Assembly: GCA_017475605.1 (NCBI GenBank)
Contig: JAFVFD010000002.1
Span: forward strand, 90,001 to 122,000
Source: Alphaproteobacteria bacterium
GTDB taxonomy: Bacteria > Pseudomonadota > Alphaproteobacteria > Rs-D84
Direction of reading: 5' to 3'
DNA: 32,000 nt
Notes under the pieces: model-generated
What the model was told of the DNA's origin: nothing
The model's database searches: none
Seen by the model: the letters and a program-made list of their open reading frames with translations, nothing else
Part shown: piece after piece, positions 25,638-32,000 of the stretch
Layout: every line of letters starts with the position of its first letter
Position numbering within the stretch: the first letter of the stretch is position 1
Translations under genes and position numbers: made by a program

Positions 25638-25694
25638 ACACATTCCTTTTTCTTTGGTACAGGAATATTTTAACATATCGCTGTAACAAAATAC

Positions 25695-25721
25695 AATAAA
25701 AAACCCGCCCAAACGGGCGGG
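25695..25721 (-). terminator. Rho-independent terminator after rplY
   Basis: On the minus strand, CCCGCCC / GGGCGGG (25704-25721) is followed by TTTTTTATT. Confidence 0.7.
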
Positions 25722-25742
25722 GTACATAGAAACAATATTCCA

Positions 25743-26381
25743 TTATTTCTTGGCAGGCGCCGCAGCCGGCGCAGCAGCCGCAGCAGCGGCCGGCGCAGCC
25801 TGTTTATTATCTGCTTCTTCGGCCATTTTACCACCAATAGTAGCAAATGCTAATTCAGCCTGGTGCAAGCCCAATTCAATACCGTCTGGTAATACCAAAT
25901 CGGAACCATGGACTGTTTCGCCAATGCCCAAATTAGTCAAATCAATTGTGATTTTTTCTGGAATATTCTGAACCAAACCACGCAATGTAACTTTACGTAC
26001 TGCGAAGTTCAAAACACCACCAACCTTGATCCCGCGCGAAGTTTCAACATTGATAACTTCAACTGGAACAACCACGTTAACTGGTTCTTTGACATTGATG
26101 CGTTTAAAGTCTGCGTGAATAACAGCGTCGGACACCGGGTGATATTGAATATCCATCAACATCGCATCTTCGACACCGTTTGGTGTTTTAATGTTAAACA
26201 ATTTGGTCCGCAATGCAGGTGTTTTTAACAACATTTCAAATGCGCGACCGTTCAATTCAATTGCGACCGGTGCTTTCTTTTCGCCATAGATGACGGCAGG
26301 AATGTTGTTGCTTTTGCGGATGCTACGTGCGGCCCCCTTGCCAGCAACATTGCGAATTTCTGCGTTTATTTCAATAGCCAT
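25743..26381 (-). CDS. rplY: 50S ribosomal protein L25/general stress protein Ctc
   Basis: MAIEINAEIRNVAGKGAARSIRKSNNIPAVIYGEKKAPVAIEL...DIQYHPVSDAVIHADFKRI is the Ctc-form L25 signature. The gene encodes 212 aa with an Ala/Pro tail. Confidence 0.93.
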   Translation of the reverse strand: MAIEINAEIRNVAGKGAARSIRKSNNIPAVIYGEKKAPVAIELNGRAFEMLLKTPALRTKLFNIKTPNGVEDAMLMDIQYHPVSDAVIHADFKRINVKEPVNVVVPVEVINVETSRGIKVGGVLNFAVRKVTLRGLVQNIPEKITIDLTNLGIGETVHGSDLVLPDGIELGLHQAELAFATIGGKMAEEADNKQAAPAAAAAAAPAAAPAKK

Positions 26382-26445
26382 TTTATATCCTTTTATACGA
26401 CTTTGGTTAAATTAACACAGCCTCCAAGGGTGCTGTGCGGGGCAT

Positions 26446-26474
26446 ATTATTAACTAAAATTATTGAAAAATCAA
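26446..26474 (-). promoter_or_regulatory. Candidate sigma70 promoter for rplY with a structured leader
   Basis: The minus strand reads TTGATT (26474-26469), a 17-nt spacer, then AATAAT (26451-26446). The ~60-nt leader contains a CACAGC/GCTGTG hairpin with a 10-nt loop. Confidence 0.35.
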
Positions 26475-26485
26475 GGGATTTTTAG

Positions 26486-27043
26486 CTATATTTTTCGCAA
26501 AATATGGAAACGCGCCCGACCATAAACCTTGTCCCGCAATATTTCCCAGGTGTCCGTATTGGGTTCAACTGAACAAGATGCTTCTTGTTCCCAGATTAAA
26601 ATGGTGTCAACCTTTGCCACGCGTCCCAATTTATTCACAAATGCGCGCCCCAATTCCGCCGCATCATACGGGCAATCAACGAATACTAAATCAGATTGTT
26701 TGGCAAATTGTGATATCGCGGCAATGGCATCCGTTTGAATTATTTTAACGCGGTTTTCTGTACCAATCGATGCAATGTTTTTACGAATTGTGGCGACAGA
26801 TGTCGGGGAAACATCTGTAAAAACAACATCCGCATCATATCGTGAAATACATTCAATGCCAAACGCGCCCGAACCCGCGAAGACATCCCATACATTGATA
26901 GTTGTGTTTTTATCAATGATGCCTGATTCCAGCATATTAAACAACGCAATTCGTGCGCGGTTTTGTGTTGGTCGGGCATCGGGTGGCAATATTAACTTGC
27001 GACCGCGGTGTTTGCCTGAAATGATTTGCAATTTAGATTCCAT
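26486..27043 (-). CDS. rsmD: 16S rRNA (guanine966-N2)-methyltransferase RsmD
   Basis: LQIISGKHRGRKLILPPDARPTQNRARIALFNML is the RsmD N-terminal signature. DVFAGSGAFGIE is the SAM-binding motif I. VFVDCPY is the DPPY-type motif. Confidence 0.9.
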   Translation of the reverse strand: MESKLQIISGKHRGRKLILPPDARPTQNRARIALFNMLESGIIDKNTTINVWDVFAGSGAFGIECISRYDADVVFTDVSPTSVATIRKNIASIGTENRVKIIQTDAIAAISQFAKQSDLVFVDCPYDAAELGRAFVNKLGRVAKVDTILIWEQEASCSVEPNTDTWEILRDKVYGRARFHILRKI

Positions 27044-27060
27044 GCGTTAAAGTGTATAAC

Positions 27061-27513
27061 ATGAACTTTATGAAGCAAGCATTAATTTTAGCAACCCGCG
27101 CTTTTGCGCATGACGATGTGCCAATCGGCGCAGTAATTGTTCGTGATGGGAAAATTATTGCGCGTGGCGAAAACAGGGTTCAAAAAAATCACAACCCGAT
27201 GTTACATGCGGAAATCGTTGCAATAAATAATGCGTGTAAAAAACTTGGTACTAAATTTCTGGATGATTGCGATATTTATGTATCGCTGGAACCATGCGCC
27301 ATGTGCGCGACCGCAATTTCTTTTGCGCGCATTCGCCATATCTATTTTGCCGCATCGGACGAAAAGGGCGGTGGTATAACCGCAAATGCTCGTATTTTTG
27401 ATACAGACAAACACCTTTGGCACCCGGAAATAACACAGATACCGGAATATGCAGACGAAAGTGCGAAATTACTGCGCGAATTCTTTGCGTTGCGCCGTAA
27501 AAAATCAGAATAA
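27061..27513 (+). CDS. tadA: tRNA-specific adenosine deaminase TadA
   Basis: Motifs are VPIGAVIV, HAEIVAI (the HAE zinc and catalytic motif) and LEPCAMCATAI (PCxxC). The start is ambiguous (GTG 27052, ATG 27061 or ATG 27070) and none has a clear SD. Confidence 0.9.
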   Translation: MNFMKQALILATRAFAHDDVPIGAVIVRDGKIIARGENRVQKNHNPMLHAEIVAINNACKKLGTKFLDDCDIYVSLEPCAMCATAISFARIRHIYFAASDEKGGGITANARIFDTDKHLWHPEITQIPEYADESAKLLREFFALRRKKSE

Positions 27514-28977
27514 TGCTTTTCCCTTCATATCGGACGGTTGTGATATTCCCAAAATCTTTAGCATCGTTGGGGCAATATCTTTTAGCCCGCCATCGCGCAA
27601 CGGCTTTGCGTTCTTTGACACATAAATAAGGTTTACCGGATTCGTTGTGTGCGATGTACATGGTACATTGTGTGCCGTATCCCACATTTGTTCGGCATTA
27701 CCATGGTCGGCGGTTATTAACAATTCGCCCCCCAATTTCAGGACCGCCGGCACCAATCGTGCCAATTGCGCATCCAGACATTCCATCGCACGAACCGTCG
27801 CGCTTTCAACCCCGGTATGCCCAACCATATCGCCATTTGCGTAATTCAAAATCACAACATCGTATTTTGATAATTCAGGAATAAGTTTGTCTGTTATTTG
27901 TGGCGCACTCATTTCCGGTTTTAAATCAAAAGTAGCGACATCCGGGGATGGAACCAGAATCTTTTTTCCATGCGGGAAATCAATATTGCGTTCCGCATCC
28001 ATAAAATAGGTAACATGGTTATACTTTTCTGTTTCTGCGATACGCAACTGCGACAGCCCGTTTTGTGCCAACACATCACCCAATGTGTTCGGAACCGCCA
28101 TATCTTCTATCAGTGCGGGACAATGTTCATTTAGCCCTTCGCCATATTGGGAAAAACACAACATTTCGCAACCTGTATCCAGCATCGCGCGCACAATTTG
28201 ACGTGCGCGGTCCGAACGATAATTTCCAAATATAAAACCGTCCTTTTTCCGTATTGCGACATCACCATCTATAATTGTTGGTTTTATAAATTCGTCCGTT
28301 TCGCCACGCCCATAGGCATCTTTGATGGCGGCATCTATCGTTGTTGCGTGATATTTGGCACGCGCACGCGCAATGGCATTATATGCCAATTCGGTGCGGT
28401 CCATATTCTTGTTACGATCCATTGTATAATAGCGACCAGACACCGTACCCCAGAACACGTTGCCGCACTTGAATTCGCGTGATAGTGTGGTTTTAATTAC
28501 CCTGACATATTGTTGCGCGCTTTTCGGCGGTGTGTCGCGACCATCGGCAATAAAGTGGATACACACACGCAGGCCCGCATCAATTATTCGTCGCACAATT
28601 GTAATAATTTCCATCAAATCGGAATGTACATCGCCATCAGACATTAACCCCGCGACATGTACAATTCCATCTTTCTTTTTTACCACAGATATAAAATGAT
28701 TAAGGTTTTTATTGTTGTCAAAGTCTTCAAGTTCAAAACGACGCAAGAACTGATTTACAACACGCCCGGCGCCAATGGTTATGTGTCCAACCTCGGAATT
28801 GCCCATAATGCCTGCGGGTAATCCGACCGCCGTTCCGCTGGCTTTTAACCTGGAATGTGGGTATTTCGCCAACAAAGAATCAAAGAACGGCATATCCGCC
28901 AACGCAACCGCATTGTGCCGGCGGGCACGTGAAATACCAACCCCATCCATAATACATAAAACCAGTGGTTTTGACAT
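27505..28977 (-). CDS. gpmI: 2,3-bisphosphoglycerate-independent phosphoglycerate mutase
   Basis: Motifs are LVLCIMDGVGIS, GNSEVGHITIGAGR, HVAGLMSDGDVHS, FIADGRDTPP, NYANGDMVGHTG and ITADHGNAE. The 3' end overlaps the tadA 3' end by 9 nt (convergent). Confidence 0.95.
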   Translation of the reverse strand: MSKPLVLCIMDGVGISRARRHNAVALADMPFFDSLLAKYPHSRLKASGTAVGLPAGIMGNSEVGHITIGAGRVVNQFLRRFELEDFDNNKNLNHFISVVKKKDGIVHVAGLMSDGDVHSDLMEIITIVRRIIDAGLRVCIHFIADGRDTPPKSAQQYVRVIKTTLSREFKCGNVFWGTVSGRYYTMDRNKNMDRTELAYNAIARARAKYHATTIDAAIKDAYGRGETDEFIKPTIIDGDVAIRKKDGFIFGNYRSDRARQIVRAMLDTGCEMLCFSQYGEGLNEHCPALIEDMAVPNTLGDVLAQNGLSQLRIAETEKYNHVTYFMDAERNIDFPHGKKILVPSPDVATFDLKPEMSAPQITDKLIPELSKYDVVILNYANGDMVGHTGVESATVRAMECLDAQLARLVPAVLKLGGELLITADHGNAEQMWDTAHNVPCTSHTTNPVNLIYVSKNAKPLRDGGLKDIAPTMLKILGISQPSDMKGKALF

Positions 28978-29031
28978 ATAAACTTCCTTTCCTTATTTAT
29001 CGTTCAAAATGGTACCACATCTGTTTTTTGA

Positions 29032-29060
29032 TTGCAAAATAAAAAGAAAAATTGTATAAA
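29032..29060 (+). promoter_or_regulatory. Candidate sigma70 promoter for the XRE regulator
   Basis: TTGCAA (29032-29037), a 17-nt spacer, then TATAAA (29055-29060). An AAAGGAAAGGGG RBS precedes the ATG at 29088. Confidence 0.3.
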
Positions 29061-29087
29061 ATACATATATAAAAGGAAAGGGGCAAA

Positions 29088-29501
29088 ATGGCTGGGAAAT
29101 CATCTATATCTGCGATTGATGAACATATTGGACAACGTGTCCAGTTGCGCCGCGTTATGATGGGCCTGTCGCAAAAGGATTTGGCGCGCGTATGTGGCGT
29201 TACATTCCAACAGATTCAGAAATACGAAACCGCGGGCAATCGCATATCTGCTTCGCGCCTTTTTGAATTAAGTACGGCATTGGATACCCCGGTATCGTTT
29301 TTCTTTTTGGGGTTACCTGGTAATGTACCCGAAGAAACCCGCAGTGGCCGCCGCCCAACACATGTGTCCGACGGTGGCGCGAACGACCCATTGGGCAAAA
29401 ATGAATCTTTGGAAATAATCAAACTGTATTGGAAATTACCAAATGACGACCAACGAAAGATGGTAATGAAGATGTTAAAATCTTTGACCGGTACAGAATA
29501 G
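29088..29501 (+). CDS. XRE-family helix-turn-helix transcriptional regulator (PraR/PhrR-like)
   Basis: IGQRVQLRRVMMGLSQKDLARVCGVTFQQIQKYETAGNRISASRLFELSTALDTPVSFFF matches the conserved alphaproteobacterial ~135-aa HTH_XRE regulators (TFQQ.QKYE.G.NR..ASRL). Confidence 0.85.
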   Translation: MAGKSSISAIDEHIGQRVQLRRVMMGLSQKDLARVCGVTFQQIQKYETAGNRISASRLFELSTALDTPVSFFFLGLPGNVPEETRSGRRPTHVSDGGANDPLGKNESLEIIKLYWKLPNDDQRKMVMKMLKSLTGTE

Positions 29502-29545
29502 GAGATTTTTTAGGACGTTTTGACCCAATGTGAAAGAAGTGTTTA

Positions 29546-29575
29546 GCAAAAAACCGCCATTTCGGCGGTTTTTGT
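29546..29575. terminator. Bidirectional hairpin terminator between the XRE gene and the convergent Cys-rich gene
   Basis: AACCGCC (29551-29557) pairs with GGCGGTT (29563-29569). The hairpin is flanked by AAAAAA upstream and TTTTTG downstream. Confidence 0.65.
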
Positions 29576-29593
29576 TATTGATAATCTTACTTT

Positions 29594-30892
29594 TTAGTTT
29601 GCCCGCTTTTCTTCTAATTTCTTTTTCGCCGCGGCAGAGCCATTTTGAACACATTCTTTATAAAGGTCTAAATCGGTAAACGTCCAACACTGATCAGATA
29701 TTGAATCGCCGGCGCTGCCATTTATACCAAATTCCAAAACATTGGGCGAATACGCAACCGCGCGCGGGCAATAACCAGACGCAGCATCTTCCCCATCAAA
29801 CACTGTGCCAGCGGGGCACTTTATACAAACACCGTTATTCGCGATTCCAAAGCGTCCTGTTTCACCGGTACATTCTACACAGGAATGACTTGTGCTGCTG
29901 GCAAAACCCTTGTCGCCGACACAACGAAACTCGTAACAATTACCATTAATAACCTTTGTGTGTTGTGTTTGAACATAATCAGAATATCCAGAACATGCGT
30001 TTTGCACCGCACAACCTTTACTTAAAACAACACAATCCGTACCATTTGAATTAGGCGAATACCCATCCAAACACAACAAATGTTCTTTACCAACTTTTTT
30101 TAAGTGTGGAGCAGAATTATAATATTTATTACAACACGAACACCCAGTTTCTGTACTTGTATATGCCAACTTTGCCCGAACAACAACAGGAGAAACAAAT
30201 GCCCCATGTCCACCAGGAGCCCATTTTGTTACTGCCAAAATCATATCGTATTCTTCTTTGTTTTTTTCTTGGTTCATATGAAACATAGGCAACAAATCTT
30301 CTATGTTTTGTGCGGCTTTTGTTACCATTTTAAAACCACTGAATTGATTTTTGTTCATAGTTGTTGTGTTACAACTAGATGCTTGTGTACTATTGCGACA
30401 CTCTGTCCCAGAAAAGCCATCACGACACAACCAAAAACACTTTGAACCAGAAGCCGATTCAAAATATTCAGTACGGGCTTTTTCATCAACATCCTTATGA
30501 CAATTGAACCAAGCCCAATGTTGTTTATAATCATCATTACTGGCCTCTAGTTGTGTTACGCAGAATTCAGCCCCATTCGCATTCACCTTACGAGCCATTA
30601 AAACTAAAATTGCACCTGCATCTGTTTTTGTACCATGCTTTTTTGACAAATCACCAATCTTGTTATTTGTCCATACACCACAATCACTGAAACTGTCCCC
30701 TATACAAGCCACATCACTATTAGAATGTTCAATAGCAGTAATAGTATAATTCTTAACACCAAAAAAATCGCGAATTTCTTCACTAATTTGATTATTTGTT
30801 ATTGCACCGAAAGCGACATTCAATATGAATGTGTACACAAAGGCGAAAGAAAAGCCGCCCCGTATCAATCGGCTTTTTGATTTAAATAACAT
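29594..30892 (-). CDS. Secreted cysteine-rich protein (about 432 aa, 25 Cys), no family recognised
   Basis: The signal-peptide-like N-terminus is MLFKSKSRLIRGGFSFAFVYTFILNVAFGA (ATG 30892, alternative ATG 30907). I counted 25 Cys in the 437-aa ORF. It contains the EGF-like string CFWLCRDGFSGTEC and CxxC-containing modules (SCVECTGETGRFGIANNGVCIKCPAGTVFDG...YCP). It overlaps the upstream ORF by 28-43 nt. Confidence 0.65.
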   Translation of the reverse strand: MLFKSKSRLIRGGFSFAFVYTFILNVAFGAITNNQISEEIRDFFGVKNYTITAIEHSNSDVACIGDSFSDCGVWTNNKIGDLSKKHGTKTDAGAILVLMARKVNANGAEFCVTQLEASNDDYKQHWAWFNCHKDVDEKARTEYFESASGSKCFWLCRDGFSGTECRNSTQASSCNTTTMNKNQFSGFKMVTKAAQNIEDLLPMFHMNQEKNKEEYDMILAVTKWAPGGHGAFVSPVVVRAKLAYTSTETGCSCCNKYYNSAPHLKKVGKEHLLCLDGYSPNSNGTDCVVLSKGCAVQNACSGYSDYVQTQHTKVINGNCYEFRCVGDKGFASSTSHSCVECTGETGRFGIANNGVCIKCPAGTVFDGEDAASGYCPRAVAYSPNVLEFGINGSAGDSISDQCWTFTDLDLYKECVQNGSAAAKKKLEEKRAN

Positions 30893-32000
30893 GTGCCGTT
30901 CTCCCAATATCCACCAATGAAGTTACATCTGTTTTCATACCATTCAGTTGTAAAATTACATTTTTCGGTTTTTTCGTCATATTTGGCATAACCTTTACCA
31001 CCAGTTGCAACATCTTGTGCCTGGCATTGCATTTCAACTGTATTTTGAATACAGATTCCCCAATTTTCGGCTTTGTCTGTGTTGCCACCATATACGTTTC
31101 TATAAAAGCTGGATACATATGGAATATTAGTGCTATGGGTAACATCCTGTGCCATAGTTTTTGCCTCGTCAACTTTTTCCAACCACACCCCATCAAGCAA
31201 CTCACACTGTGTTGCAAGTTTTTGCGCCAAATCGATTTGAATATCATCAACCAATCTGTTTATAACTGTTGTTGTTTCTGCACCGGTCATGGTTGAATTA
31301 CAATATGTTTCGGACATCTTGTTAAGATTTGTTCTAAGTTCTGCTTCACTCATCAAACGGCAATTCCATGGATAGCCAATCGTACCTGATGTTGGTGTAC
31401 ATAATTCCTTGGCATAGTTTTCCATGGCAACTTCGCAACCTTCGTTAATACGAACAGTGTCAACACTGTCCACAAACTTGGTCAACGCGGTTAAACCACA
31501 GGCAGTTGCATTTTGCAATTTTCCATCATTACCAAAGTTACAAGATTCGCCATTCCCATATAACGCGGCGCATGCCGAAACCTTGTCCATGCACATTTGC
31601 TTTGCCGCATAGGCGGAAAGGGCACCGGTCATTTGTGCGGTTGTGGTATCAAAATCTTTCAATGCGGACGATTGTGTGTCATAGCATTCAGCCATGGTGC
31701 TTACGCAACTCATTTTGACTTCTTCTATCTTTTCATCTTGTGCCTGGGCAATTTCAATTAACGCTGTGCGTTTGAATTCTTCCCATACTATTTTTTGTAT
31801 ATCACGACAAGTGTCCAACGCGGTTGTTGCGAACATTTTGCGCGATTCCAAGAATCTGTTGAATTCTGGGTTTACGCCCAAAACATCCATACTGGTGTCG
31901 GAACCCGTATAACCCGGTAATGTAATAATATCTGTTAATTGGAATAAACGTGGCGAATAAATTGGTTCGCCGGTCGACTGATTAACATATGCACCCGTAT
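30865..32000 (-). CDS. Cysteine-rich protein, 5' end outside window
   Basis: My translation of the minus strand shows the frame stays open from 31890 to the window edge (..TGAYVNQSTGEPIYSPRLFQLTDIITLPGYTGSDTSMDVLG..). The track's M at 31890 is therefore probably internal. I counted 17 Cys in the last 341 aa. No catalytic motif is recognised, and the C-terminus reads CNFTTEWYENRCNFIGGYWENGTCY. Confidence 0.6.
   Translation of the reverse strand, partial: TGAYVNQSTGEPIYSPRLFQLTDIITLPGYTGSDTSMDVLGVNPEFNRFLESRKMFATTALDTCRDIQKIVWEEFKRTALIEIAQAQDEKIEEVKMSCVSTMAECYDTQSSALKDFDTTTAQMTGALSAYAAKQMCMDKVSACAALYGNGESCNFGNDGKLQNATACGLTALTKFVDSVDTVRINEGCEVAMENYAKELCTPTSGTIGYPWNCRLMSEAELRTNLNKMSETYCNSTMTGAETTTVINRLVDDIQIDLAQKLATQCELLDGVWLEKVDEAKTMAQDVTHSTNIPYVSSFYRNVYGGNTDKAENWGICIQNTVEMQCQAQDVATGGKGYAKYDEKTEKCNFTTEWYENRCNFIGGYWENGTCYLNQKAD

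Noticed and set aside
1-32000. CRISPR arrays, rRNA genes, transposases/IS elements and prophage structural genes.
   Set aside because: None were seen on either strand. The only tandem repeat found is the 28-bp heptamer repeat in rimM.

Overview
The window is a compact, mostly housekeeping chromosomal segment, relatively AT-rich by eye. It looks alphaproteobacterial. This is inferred from an AddA-type helicase-nuclease, a DUF2155-like protein, a PraR/PhrR-like XRE regulator, Ala-rich tails on S16 and L25, and an alpha-type RpoH-like promoter at dnaK; it may belong to a fast-evolving or host-associated lineage. All family assignments come from motif recognition by eye, since no searches could be run.

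Recognised genes:
- rpoD (5' partial), a divergent dTMP-kinase-like gene, a GT2 glycosyltransferase and a 649-aa membrane-anchored coiled-coil protein.
- addA, split into helicase and nuclease ORFs, followed by recN and a convergent xseA.
- A small transglutaminase-fold-like ORF, tsaD, a DUF1460-like lipoprotein, a small membrane protein and a DUF2155-like protein.
- The rpsP-rimM-trmD-rplS operon, carrying two extra small ORFs.
- A LysM protein, pfk, dnaK, a second glycosyltransferase, rplY, rsmD, tadA, gpmI and an XRE regulator.

Two regions are not ordinary:
1. 17.6-20.4 kb holds a radical-SAM enzyme, an HNH nuclease, tRNA-Gly(CCC), an HD hydrolase and a second HNH nuclease. They are wedged between the LysM gene and the ribosomal operon. 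I cannot assign this gene set to any described system.
2. 29.6-32.0 kb holds two overlapping, very cysteine-rich ORFs with EGF/furin-like Cys spacing; the downstream one has a signal peptide, and the upstream one runs off the window.

No CRISPR array, transposase, integrase or rRNA was seen.
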